Origin: Lepidodermella squamata
Taxonomy: Eukaryota; Animalia; Gastrotricha
Assembly (NCBI GenBank): GCA_047495785.1
Contig: JBLDXI010000013.1
Coordinates: forward strand, 1,736,001-1,800,000
Direction: 5' to 3'
Length of the DNA: 64,000 nucleotides
Part shown: positions 1-13,169 of the stretch, piece after piece
How positions within the stretch are numbered: position 1 is the stretch's first letter
How the letters are laid out: each line of letters opens with the position of its first letter
The notes under the pieces: model-generated
Databases searched by the model: none
What the model saw: only the letters and a program-made list of their open reading frames with translations
What the model was told of the DNA's origin: nothing
Position numbers and translations under genes: made by a program

Positions 1-769
1 ACAAGACCGTTCTTGGCAAGGTTGAGCTTTTCGAGGCGAACTAGATTGAGCAAGTTGCGTTGGATGAGCGTAAAACTGTTCTGAGACAAGTCCAGCTCGC
101 GGAGGTAGCTTAGTTGCTGGAAGAAATTAACGGGCAGGTCGGTGAGTTCGTTGCGCGAAAGATCGAGAGATTCGAGTTTCGGCGTATTGCGCAACAACCC
201 ATCAGGAAGTTGGGCCAAAAGGTTGATCGACAAGTCGAGTTTGGAAAGCTCAAACAACCCAGCGAACGCATCATCGGAAATCGATGAAATCTATAATAAA
301 ACAAATTTAGCATAAATTTAACCAAGTACAAACACTCCCATACCTGATTAATTGCAAGAGACAAAGACCGCAATTGCGAATATCCGATAAATGGCTGGCC
401 GTAAATTGAGCGGAAATTAGCCTTTTGGATTGACAGGTCAATGACGGTGATTTTTAATTTCTCAGGCAAATTTTCTAGGTCCTCGACGGAAATGTTGGCG
501 CGAGCCCCGCAAGACACGGAAAAGGCACTTGAACCAGTCTGGGTTAGGCCGGCTAAATGCGACAAGCTGACTGTCTTGCAAACGCAGCCGGCAAGATATG
601 AACAAGGCGTAGCGTTTTCGTCGGCCTGAGGTTGTACAACGACTCCACCGTTGGAGAGCCGTTGAAAATTTGATGTTAGATTAGCGAGAGTCAGCAATTG
701 CGAGAACAGGACGCTCGTGAACATGGCGCGTAAAATTCGAGATCGATTCGATAAAATATCCAAAAACAT
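1..769 (-). CDS. Extracellular leucine-rich-repeat protein, 5' part only (Toll/chaoptin/tartan-like ectodomain; exact family unknown)
   Basis: ATG at 769 (or 724), hydrophobic N-terminus, LRRNT-like Cys cap (PCSYLAGCVC...VSC). A 53-nt GT-AG intron at 343..291 joins LRSLSLAINQ to ISSISDDAFAGLFELSKLDLSINLLAQLPDGLLRNTPKLESLDLSRNELTDLPVNFFQQLSYLRELDLSQN..., which are typical LxxLxLxxNxL repeats. The frame stays open to the window edge. Confidence 0.88.
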
Positions 770-3700
770 GGTCAACAAAAATCAGCACGAAACCAGTTTC
801 GGCTGCAACGAATAGAATATATCGAATAAATCAACACAAAATCAACAATTATCCTATATAACAAAGAGAGAAATTTTAGTTATCATCAATAACAAAAGAA
901 TTCTTGATGGGATTTTCGGATTTGAAAGGCCAAAACTGGTATGGAGCAGGCTGTATTTATATGAGGCAGGTTTGCGCTGTATGACTCCGGATGGTCAAAT
1001 ACCTAGCGCGACATGCTGCCGTTTGCTCGCGATCGCGGCGATCATCGAGATCTGAGGCGGCATCTCTGGTGGCAGCTTAATAAAACTGCAAGGCGCCACT
1101 CGACAAGTGTGCAGTTGAAAAGCTGGTGGGGTGCCTAATCCTGTTTGGCGACGAGCAATAGCAACCTGACGCGTGTGACTTTGTGTCACCTGATACCCTT
1201 GCGCGTGTAGACGGTGAGCAATAACAACTCTCACGAGACAGAAGCGGCGATCAGCAAGTGCCAATTGTCGGCAACACCTCCATCGCGCGCGGCGGCCTTA
1301 GAAATGCGGCGCGAGGATTTTGAGCGTGAAATCTACCTCTTTCCAGGTAGGAACGAAAACGTGAACATACACAGGCGTGTCTCACACCTTCGACGAGAGA
1401 TTCTTAAGATACTAGGGTATAAATGTGCGTAGGAGAATGTTCAATTTCTGTTTAGCTAGTGGCCTTAGAAAAACAGAACGCGACAACTCGCGGGCTCTTG
1501 AAGAAACGAGCCGAAGTTTAGATGGTTTATTTAATAATTGTTTTACTTAGCCGGTCGTTGCGCAGCGTGCGGGGTTTAGAGATGATTTTATTATTTAATG
1601 AAACGAAAGCTCCTTGTCCGCATTCTTGAATTTCTGCTATATACCTGTGTGTGCGCCCGACGCGCACTTGCACAGATCAAGAATATCGCTGCTCACGCGC
1701 GCGCGGCCTTGTAAAAACAAAGTGGCGAAAAGAACGCTGTCATCACGAGACGGTAGTAGCAATAATATCACCACGCGCTTTGGCAGCTCTAATACCCTGC
1801 TACACTATACGTACCTATACTGGTTGAAATGATTATAAATAATAACACGTATTTGAACACAAATGAGATGGATATGCCACCGCCGAAATTGTTGTTGTTA
1901 GCTTTGTTCCGAGGTATAGGATCATGCGCCTCATTTGTCGCTACAATTTTGAAACACAAATTTGAAGACGATACAATTAATACTTCTAAACTTCCGTCGG
2001 TGTTTAACAGGCGCCTCAACTAATGAAATAAACAAAAACAATTATGACAAGTAGAAGACGCGCGCGCACTTTCAACGTTTCTAACGCTTCGTGAGCTGTT
2101 TCAAGGAAACCCTGCTGTGGTCGCGGCCTTCGCCAGAGTAATTGCGAAGAAATGAAGACAGTCGGGTTTGTATGGCTGAATGGCTAAATTGCAGACAAAA
2201 CACGCACACTTTGCCTGTAAAGTGGCGCAGATGGCCCGCGGGCGCTATCGAAAAGGGAGCGATGCGTTCGACACTTCTAACTGTCAAATTCTGATACGGC
2301 GTATGGGCGGCGGTCTTTTTATACGATTGCGAAACACCCTCCCGGGTTCCTGGATCCGGAGCGCCGTCCGCTGTGTGCACAGGGCGACAAAGCGCGTACG
2401 GCAATCGGCTATACAGCTCAAGAGCCGACAATACACTTAAAGACGCATGATAAACTTAACATCGTCGGGGAAAAAACGTAAACGAAAGTAAATACCGAAG
2501 CAAATTTGACACTTCCGATTGATGTAGGCTAACAAATTTGACGCAATAATATTGGTGCAAACAACGCGCGCCCAGGTCCCGGAAATTTGGAGCTGAAACG
2601 CAAAACAAAACAAACAAAACGTCGCACGTGTTAATTGACGAAAGTTAGTACGACAGCCCCACGGCTATCGACGGCGACAAAGAACGGCTAAATTGGCTTC
2701 GGATGCGTGTTGCGCAAGTCGATGAGCGCCGAAACGTTAAATCGGGCTGAGGCACGCGCGCTCTCCTTCGAACGTCTCCTTTTATATAGACTTTAACATA
2801 AGTGCACCTAATAGACCCCGACAGCGATTGGGTTGATTGGCTAGCAGACACTAACAAATGTTGCCAAATGAAGCTAATCAAACGCTGAGACAGTAGGCCG
2901 ATGGAAAATTGCGAGAGATATGTGCCTTCAGGTAGATGGCTACCTGCTGTTCTCGTTCATCGCTTCGAAAATGAAACATATTGTGCCCCATCATAGACGG
3001 TTTGAAGTGCAGTGCAATTATGAAACGTATCAATAAAACTGCCGACACCGCTTACTTATCAGCGATTGCTGCCTATGCCTATACCTTAGATGGACTGGTT
3101 CCAATTAGCTGGCTTCAGACAAATTGCCACACTTGACTGGAGAACGGCGCCGCGCGGCTGTGTGCTGTTATTTGGGCAGACTGATTACCGATAATGATGC
3201 GGAGCGGTCAGTATTTAATCGCGATGGCCAACTGGCGGATTAACGTTGACGGATGTCGGCGTGAAAATGGCTTCGTTAAGCACGTTGCGTTCTGTTATGA
3301 TCATCGCCATAAATCGCCCAATCAGCACGCGTTTTAGCAACAGTTTCTTGTGAAGCATAAAAATAAACACACGGGAACGTAATGCCGGAACCGTAGCAGT
3401 GGCAGATGCGGAAAAAGATGATGCGCGCGTGGAAGTATGGCGATCGTGCACAGATAAATTGCGTAATTGACGCGAGTGGGCGTGAAAAACCGGGCGTAAC
3501 AGCGTGCCACCACCGGATAGAAAACGAGCAGCAGTAAAAACACAATTCAGCGCAATGCAATAACAAATTGGCGCTTTTCGAGAGGCAGCTTTGCGAATGT
3601 TTTATTGACACAGCAAGATGATATAGCATAGCGCAAAGGATCCACCATCATTGCACACTTGGCAAATCGCTACCGCGAGGCAAATGGCTAGGCAGATAAG

Positions 3701-5988
3701 CCGGACATGAACTGGCTACGTGTGCATTTGTAGATTTTGTATATGGTAAAGATAACAATGTAAAAGATATAGTAGTCCACAGGGAGTAGACACAGAATCG
3801 AATGTGTTTGTTCAGAACGATGAGCCCGAACGCGAGCGCGCGCTGCCGATGAGGTGCGCTGCCGACCAAAAGCTGACCCGATTCGATTTTACATCTGCGC
3901 GTGTGCTTGTTGGCAAATAAAAACAAACAAGGTCCAGCGAGGTAAACAAGTTTCAAGCTTAACGTTTTATAAAATAAACGGTGACAACGACGAGAAATCA
4001 ACACAAAATAAACAGGGCGGACCCCGGATTATTGTTGTTTCAAATTCCTATAGCCTACAACGCAATCCTAGTATTTGATTTTGAATAATCGTTTATTAGT
4101 TGAGCGGGCCTGGCTTTCACGAAGAGTAACAACACATAAACAAACTCAACTTGACGCGAAGCCGATGAATAATTGAAGCGGATGAAATAGGTAGAAAGTA
4201 TAACAGACAGGATGTGTCGCCTTTCATCGTCTGATCGGATCAGCGATGTCGAGCTGTTAAATTCCATCGCAAAATTCCTGGTTCCATAGCGCCGCCTGTC
4301 AATACATGCGCTCTTCACATCGATGAGCACGGGATGAATAGCAGAGCCCGTGTCATCATCGACAACTTTATTATTAGGTACCTATGTTTATGTTGCCTTA
4401 AGCGAGGCGACAAATTTTTCAATTGAAACTTGTTTCTTGAAAAAGTCAAGTTTTTCACCATTGGGGCGATTTTGTCAAAGGCGGCGTGCCGCCGCTCCAC
4501 TCCTACAACTGGGCGCGTTGTTTATCATCTTCACCCGCTTGCTAGCTAATAAACACTTCAAAAGCTACTTTGCCGACACAGCAATGAAAACTTTATTTTA
4601 GGATGATGATAACAAACTAGAAAATATTTTGCTATCTATTGCGCGCGCACTCGCTACTAACAACGTGGTATTGACGCGTTCGAGTTTTAATATATTTATC
4701 TGTATAATTACTGTTAGGTGCTATTTAAAAACAGAACTCGAACAAAGCGGGCGGGTTTTTAGCGGGTTGAAGCCAGGTGCGCACGGGACGCGCCTTTCAA
4801 TGGTGTAGCGGGGCAATGTTATATTAATGCAGTAATAACAATGATGAAGATGAGCTTTTATCGTAGCGGCATTTCGAGTGTTTTGACCACTCCTCGATAA
4901 CTCGAGGCCCGATGAGTGCATTTTAGCGCAATTGGCATAGCGACGCTAACAACGAGCTCGTTAATTACCTATTTAAAATCTATAGGTAAAATTCGGCGAA
5001 ACATCATGATTTTAAGATATTTAGATATGATTTAAAATGTGACACCTTAATGCAGCGGCACGATCGGAAGTCATGCGAATTAGTTCGATGTCCGGCAGTG
5101 ATGGCCTGAAAGCTGAACCTTAGTAGCGGTATGAATTTAAGAACAATCAACACAGACCCTCAGACGTGTTTTGCCAGCAAAATAAATGTAAATACAATAA
5201 TATCGGCTAGAATTTTCCTACTATGCTGTGCATTGTGACAAAAGGTCAGTTGCCATAAATAAGTCATGTTATAGGAGAAGTTCTCTCAGGTAAGGAAGGC
5301 GCGCGCGCGCGACTGGACGGACGGAAGAAAAAAGCCGGATGAGGCGACGTGTTCGAGCGTGAGCTTGTCAAAAGGCGCGAGACATTTTATTATTGTTGTT
5401 ATAATAATTTATTATTATATTAGCGATACAAGCAATGCAAGCAAGAACAGATGTAAAAAGTGCAAGGAAGTTTGCGACTTTTCTAGCGCCGACAAAAATA
5501 GCCTAGATGGTACAGAGTGACCGAATATATCGTGTTTTCACCCTACGTGCTAAATAGTAAATAATATTATTACAAACCCAAACCGCAGGACTATAAAGCC
5601 TGATGTGAGAGTGCAAAAATTATAACGCATAGAGCCCTAAAAACAGGTGAGAAAATCTGAGGAGTGACAGTTTTGGGGCTGTGATGTCCGGTGAAAAAAT
5701 TCTTCGAGACGCGAGACATTTGTGTGGCGCTATGCGCGGCATAAAACTGTGTCACCTGTCTGCGCCAAAAAAGACACGCTCATTATCAAAGTCGTATAGC
5801 AATAATAAAAAACCAGATGACAAAGCGCGATAGCAGGGGGTCAAAAATTTTGTACGAAGCCGTAGTACGTCTAGCAAGTGGTGAAAAGGAAATATTTAAT
5901 CACAGCCACAAATCTTGTCTTGAAATTTTAACTACCTGTTATTATTATTATTGTTGGACGTCAAGTGTTGTTATCATTATACAGCATT

Positions 5989-6015
5989 ATATAATAATAA
6001 TAATAATAATAATAA
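5989..6015. repeat. (AAT)n microsatellite
   Basis: Run of ataataata... directly visible. Confidence 0.85.
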
Positions 6016-8576
6016 TGGAATATTTCAAGAATTTCGCGTTATTACTTGACAATATAGCCGGATGAGCACGCGCGAGGTGTCATGTTAACGTCAAAACGGC
6101 CAAATTTTACAAGCCTAGATGGCGGCGGCCGGGCAAATTTATTACACGACGCGATATAAAAGAAAGATTGGCCGGTGAATTTAATGTGTTTATGGGTAAT
6201 TTTGGATGTTGCAACACGTCACCAAGTACTTTTGTTGTTTGGCGCCGACGAAAACGATGTTGGCGACGCGGCGATGCGCTTTGAGAGAGAGAGAAAGGAG
6301 TTATTTCAAAGCAACACGAAACACAGGTACGGAACTTCAATAAGAGAGAGCGAGTCAGGATAGAGACGTACTACGTAGAACAATGGCCAAGTGCGGTAGA
6401 TTCAGACGATGAGAGTTGTGAAACATAAACAAGGTATATCTGACGAGCGGATCTTGTTCATCCTGTCTAGAATAGATACGGTCTACGCGACGATAGCGTA
6501 TCAGAACAACTGCTAATTTTATTGTTATATTGGTGGCGGCGTTGCAAGTGCGGAAGCCCTCTACTAACGCAATTATAACAAGCAAGCAAGGTGAGCGAGT
6601 ACTGGCGACACAGAACCCGCTGTTTCGCGTGTCCACTTGTCATTAACACTGTATTTTACATGTAATAACACGGATATATGCATGTAAGTAGAAAATAAAA
6701 TTTGTTATTTAATTTAATTGAAACCCCAACTCGGTAGCAGTAGCAGCGAGAGTATAGTTCAACGGTGGCGCAATAATAATAACAATAATAGTAATAAAAC
6801 TACTGTTCCGGGGAAAATGTCGACGACGACTACGACCTTGTTACGACGACACGTTCGATCGATAGATGGTGCCGAAATGACGGTTGAGCAGATGTATCCA
6901 AGGTGTTACATTTGCAGGGCTTCTCGCGTGAGAGATACTGCAATTACCTGCGAAAGGAGCGCACAATTCGAGGTGCCAAAATTATGTTGCATCTTAAGAG
7001 GATTATCAAGAGACAGAATTGGTACCAGAGAATTGCGCAAGAGCCACGCGCCCCAAAAGCTATAAGGCGATGCGTGTCTTGGGCTGACACGTACGCATCA
7101 GCGATAGTTTTAATAAATTCAGTCGCGAACGTGCTCGGGCGTGGCAGTTAGCTAAGAGAAAATTTACGAACACACTCGACTTTGTCAGTCAATGAACAAG
7201 ACAAGTGACGCGAGGGCTTATTTGTCTCGCCCAGTGCACTAAATACAGGGTGTCTAGATTTATTTACCTGTTGTGCCAAATACAACGCGATAATGACAGC
7301 AATAAACCGCTAGGATGACGGCGAACGTTATTGTCTCAATTGGCGAGTTTTAAGGTGGCAATTAGGAGCGTTTGAAAATGTCACTGGGAAAGTTTGAATA
7401 AATTCATTTGACCAACTAACCAAGAATTGGCGTCCAACTTACAGCGCTATATGACTGTCGAATGAGTGAGCGAGCGAGCGAGTGGCCACAACCACCAGCA
7501 GTAACTGTTGCTAAATTATTAAGCGTAGTGATGATGACTGTCAACCGCAAAAAGAAGCGCATCTTCGTAAATGCTAATTATCATTGCCAAGTACAATGAA
7601 TTGAACGAGTCACACGCGCGAGCGCTCGAGTTTTGTTTTTGAGCCAGGGCAGCAGCGCAGTTGCGTTGCGCAAGTTTATTAATAGCAAAATTCGCTTCAC
7701 GCGAAATTATACAACTAGCGTTCAAGCGCATCCGTTTGAAAATAGAGCGACAAAAGGCACGAGGCGGATGCCGCTCGTGCAAGTTCGCACGGCCGCAAAG
7801 CGAAACTTCCGGCTGCGACTGGTTCCAAACAACCAGGTGCGAAAAGTGCGGTTTCACTCGCTGTGGCGATAATAGACAGCGGCGCCTCAGCCGGAAAGGT
7901 GAACACTGAGATTTTCGCACGAGCCTGTACCATGAAAATCTGCGAGATAGGTATACTATAGGTTTCGCTAGCATATGGTAACGCGGGCGAGCAATGCCCC
8001 GGCGTTTAACACGCGAGCGCATCTGTGCTGAACCGTGTAATTGCGAGCTCCTGTTGTTAAAGTACGTGTTATAAAACCAAGGGCGACACGCGCAAGGGAC
8101 AGAGGTCAGCGCTCTCCACGTGCGCAATTAAGGTAAATTGACACGAAAAAGCTCTATTCGCCATTCATCCATCACGCCGGCGAAGCGTGATGACGAGGAA
8201 ATGCCTCCTCGATGTCATCCTTGAAATGTAGATTATCACAATGACGGCGATTGTCCAACCTCTAACTGCCCCCACTTCGGTAAATTGGAAATCACAATAA
8301 ATTTTCAAGTGGGGGCTGGCTGTCGGCGTGATTTGGCCCTGTAATTAGAGGCTTATATAGGCGATAACACCCGCGTGTGACAAATTTAGGGGTGCTAATA
8401 AATTTCACAGAGCGACAATTAGAGCAGGCGCAGAATCTTTCGTGTCATCTTCGTTTATTACTTATAAAATAAACCATTTATAACAATTTCGGTACAAAAT
8501 TATAGGGCTTGTATCAACTATTAACAAAATTTATATAATTAGCCGAATAAATTCAGTGATTTATGGTGGCAACGAT

Positions 8577-11547
8577 TCACACGGTTTTGAAGTATTCATC
8601 TGTATTAGAGCCTCTGAAATCGGCGACAACCGGAAGATTGTCTTGTGTCGATGGCCTCGGCGCCGTTGTGATTTTGTTAGTATTTGAAGTAGTATTATTG
8701 CTGCTGTTACAACACAGATTTGACCTTTGGTGAAGGCTGTGGCCATTCGTATGAAATTCAAAGCGCTCGTCGTCACAACTGCTGCTTTCAGCGCCGGCGT
8801 AGGCGCCCGAACGAGGATGCCTTCGACGGCGGCGTCGAGTTCGCAGCGACTCGCCAATGTGGTTTTTCCCGGTAATCACGGCGACGAGCTTGGCGATAGG
8901 GTATTCGATCAACTCGCAAATAGTTATCAGCGAAATACCAGCGAACAGACCTAACTGACCGCCAATATCACCTGTAATTTAAGAATCGATCTATAATTAA
9001 GAAAATCAGCTAAAATTCTGTGACAAACTGAGGAAAGCACTGAGTGTGAGAGCAGGAGTCGAAGACGTGCGATCGATAACAAGCTGAGCGAAAGCGATTT
9101 GTAAGGCGATAACATTGGTCCTAACGTATTCCTCGGTGTAGCGTTCATCGTTTGTTGAGGCTACGAGCTCGGCCGTCAGCTCCTTGATTGTACCGTTGCT
9201 GGCGAGGGTAGTGTATGACACGCTGGCCGAGTAAGAAGTTGACATGCACGATTCGAGGCAACTAGCTTTGCAAGCTAACTCGGCCTCAGTTGAATCTTCG
9301 CCAACTTGAACGAAAAAACAAACATCTTAATACATGTTGTGAGTGAAAAGGCTTTGAAGACCGAAATACAGGTCATGTGGAACAAAGATAGAGCGTGCCC
9401 TAAAAAAAGCTAATTTGAGCACTTCTATCCAAATTCAAAATCTAAATCTAGCTCATATCGCCGAAATTGAAATTCTATAGAAAAATTAAACCAATATAAA
9501 ATTCTATTCATAAAAATGAGCATAAAAGACCTAATTCTATCAGCCTATTTTAGATTTAGAGGCAGAAAAGAGAAAATGTGATCGATTCATAGATTGAGAT
9601 AGGTGAAAAAGTGGGACATCTGTGTGAGCCGCGAAATTATTCAATGGTGCGTTTTGACTATGGAACTTGAAAATAAACATGCGATGTTAGAACTTGCCTT
9701 CACTAGCCTCTAAACCAGGTAAAGTTATACTTATTCATCAAACTTTATCCGATTAAGACTTTATGGACATTTTCTTCGTCGATCATCTTTCATCCTAGTT
9801 CTTACTGCGAGCACAAGCCATAAGTTTCCCCAATGTGGGCATTTCTGTTGCTCATATCGAGGTATGACAATTAATTTTCAAGGAATTAATGGAAAGGTTG
9901 CGTTAAATTTGCGTTGAAATTCCCCGATAAACTTTCTGTAATCCGACCACTATTCACACAGAAAATTTATTTGATCATGTTCAAATGACGGGGGAAAATT
10001 TGGGGCTTGCTAACCATCCGCTACAAACGTGTTTTACAAATTATTTTTACCCAGCTCTTTGAAAAGTAGACAAGCCGTTGTTTTGGCTACACCGCACAGG
10101 GTGTCGTTGCCCGGCTCGTACCACAAGCGGCATCCGCAATCTTTAATTGTTTGCTTCGCAGTACACCTCAAGAGGCATTCTTTCTCCGAGTAAGGACTCT
10201 TCGTATCGTTCGATTCAATGCAATCCGACCACGGCTCGATCGCGTCGATAATGCGCTTCGACTCTTTTATTGCCACGAATCCTGACATGCCAGGCGGGAT
10301 TCCGACGGCTTGGCCAATATCTGGTCGTTCATACCATTCGTGTAGAATAACTTTGATTCCACCTTACAAATTACAACAATTTTCGGAATAAATTTATATA
10401 TATTTCGAACTCACATTCGAACTGAGATTGGCCCTCTAGATTGAACTTAGTGTAGTCTTCTTGGTTAATGTCGAGAAAAATGTTAATGCCAGCCAAGCCA
10501 CCGGGTGCTTTCTGAACATAACGAGTCGGAGAATTGGACAAGGTATAACAAAGGCCTTGCGGTGTTAGCACAGGCTTAAAATCTGCTGCCGAACAAGCTA
10601 TTTTCCCGACGCGACACTGAATTATTGGCGATGGGAATTCATTAGCAGCGCCAAGTTGCCAACCAGTTCTTTCCAGCCAAGAATTCACGGCGAAACTGTC
10701 TTCTGATACGTTGTATCGCGCGAGAATGGCCTTCTCTACTATTTCGTACTCTTTCGCCGCTTCCCAATACGTCAGCGTCCAGTTATCGGGAAGAGCAGCA
10801 CCAGCTTTTCGCAGCTCATAAATATCATTTTCGATATCACCAGAAATCGCATAGGTTATGTTGTCGATGAGATCCAAGTCTAGCATGGTTATAGCCCGCC
10901 GGCTGAAAAAGTTGGCGTTGCATAATGTGACGGAAGGTAGTGTGAGAGATCGCGCTGATTCAATAGCGACTTCAGTTTTGAGCTCAAAATTTAAGAAAGT
11001 GACCCAGCGATCATGTAGTTGAGTAGCTAACAACGCCAGAGAGAAAAACACGAATATCTAAGATCATATTATCAGAAAGTAGAACGAGATTAGTTGGGAA
11101 ATTCGACGAAATTACCAGCCAAAATCCACGTCGATAACAACTCCATGACGAGTTACAAATGAGGTTGAAACCATGGCAAGTTGTGCCAGCGGCAAAATCT
11201 CGGTCGAAGTCATCGCAACAACAGCCTGATTCCCTTTTTCTCCGACTTGTACTCATTTTTCGCCCATGTACCGCGTTTTGATGTTGACAATGGTGGCAGT
11301 TACAACCTAATTGATTTTGTTGGGGAGGAAGACGATTTCCGATAAGTTCGCCATTGCTTCCATCGCATTTTAATCCGACAGGCGGAGTGCCGAAAGACTT
11401 GAGCGACTTGGGCTGTTGACTGTCCTCCATATCCAATGCGGTGTGAGAGTGCATATTCCCGCTGTTATTTAGACTCAGGCGCATGGCACTTCGCTGATCG
11501 CCGTTAGAGCAGTGCGAACGGTTTTCTGCTTGGCACGCGATGGTCAT
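8577..11547 (-). CDS. DEG/ENaC (ASIC/ENaC-family) channel subunit A, about 685 aa
   Basis: Exons 11547-11116, 11057-10415, 10362-10051, 9304-9029, 8971-8577; total 2058 nt, in frame, GT-AG introns. Motifs: TTCHG, TM1 (RRGFWLIFVFFSL), LPSVTLCN, GLCYT, GIKVILH, Cys-rich thumb, TM2 SDIGGQLGLFAGISLITICELIEY. AATAAA on the - strand at about 8454-8459. Confidence 0.93.
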
Positions 11548-12933
11548 TACGCGGCTGGCGTGAATGAAAAAACTTGGTGATCAAAGACGAACACTTTCAT
11601 CCCTCTCCGGTAGCTTGGCATGTTTAAAAAGTTGATTAAACTGACCCCTAAATTTATAGGCAGAAAACGAAGCGCATGGATATAAATATATATATTGGAG
11701 CAAGTAATGTTCGCCTATCGTGTCTGAGAGCCAGATCGCGCACTTGCTAATACGCGCTCAAATATAATTATTCAATCGGCGCATTGGCATTGGCACAAAT
11801 TTGCGCACTATAGGGTGTGTTATCATCATTTCGATCATCAAATTATACGTGATCGTCGCACGCAAAATGTTTTTCAGCCACGGTTATGATTATTGGCGAG
11901 CAATAAAAGCATCTGTGGGACAGCTTTTCGTATAGGAAAAACTGTAAAAGGGTGGCGAAAAACAATGGCATGCGACCGTATCCGTATCCTAAAAAGGAAT
12001 AAACAGATTAAGGAAAATGCTATAATAAAAAGGCCTTAAAATGACCAAGGGTACGTCAGAATAACCCGAAGCTATAAACGACTAGCATCCGTTACCATCT
12101 CGCTCAAAAAAAGCATAGCGGTCTAGAATAGTTGATGAATGTGTTTTAGAAAACAGACAATACAAGCATCTTTCATGTATCATGTATCAAATAATGTGGG
12201 GAGGTGGGGTTCAAACGCCAAGTTTTTTGCCTCTAAATTTGCGCTTTTAAGCAGAGGCGCGCTCGCAATTTCGTTGCATTTTTTGCGACGCGGTATTGAG
12301 CGCTGCCTATATCTGCGCAGATCCACGTATACGAATCAGAGGCTGACTTATAAGTAAATATATCAGCGCTTAACGTTATGGAGACTGAGCGCGATTTGTA
12401 TCGCTTTAATAAACAGGAGCTTGTAAAAAGTAAGAATCAAGAATCAAGTCCAATACTTGTAATAACTCTAACGAAATGCGTTTTACAAACAATCTTTTGT
12501 TCGCTCAATAATAATAATATTAATGGTAGCTGGGCGCGCGCGAGATGGTTGAGACGGTGTAGAAAAGAAATGCATTTTCTTGAGAGGGTGGGGCGTGAAA
12601 TAATTTTTGAATTAATATAAACAAATCGGCTCGCTCTGATTATCACTGAAGCACGCTCATACATATACACATTTGTTGGACAAAATAATAAAACTTGTGG
12701 TCAAATATGCACATGCGTTCGGCTTGCTTTTTATTCTTATACAGGAAAACAGCAGCTTGTGAAGGAACAACCAACGGATTGTTGTGGCCTCATTACACCG
12801 GGTCGATTAAAGAGCGAAGTTTCATTCACGATTCTCTCGCCAAATCTGAAGGCGCTTGTTTAATCGGAATACCTTGCAATATACAAAATAACACGATCTG
12901 ATTTTTTTGTTATTCATAACTGCAAAGCGAAAA

Positions 12934-12988
12934 TAGCTATTTAGCAATAAGCGGATATTAGCTATTTAGCAATAAGCGGATATTAGCT
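12934..12988. repeat. Perfect 25-bp tandem duplication (2.2 copies)
   Basis: tagctatttagcaataagcggatat x2 + tagct, downstream of the channel B stop. Confidence 0.9.
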
Positions 12989-13169
12989 GAGAGATAGATG
13001 TCAAGAAAATGGACAATTATCACGAGATGCCGGATATTTCAAGCACAATACACGCACATTCATTACTACAATACCGGCAGCCTTAAAATAATCAAATAAT
13101 GTGATCGGAAAAATTAAGGTAGAGTCATTTTTGCAAGCATGTAAACAACGGACTTCCGATGAACCCCAT

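Noticed and set aside
995-8127. Numerous 60-200 aa ORFs, including 7519..8127 (202 aa) and 6718..7065
   Set aside because: No recognisable domains, mostly non-ATG starts, microsatellite-derived stretches, and no consistent exon chain.
9305-10050. 746-nt intron in channel A as a possible MITE or transposon insertion
   Set aside because: Only about 10-bp inverted or direct matches (tctaaatcta, gctcatatcg). No terminal inverted repeats or target-site duplication could be established; this needs a repeat-library search.
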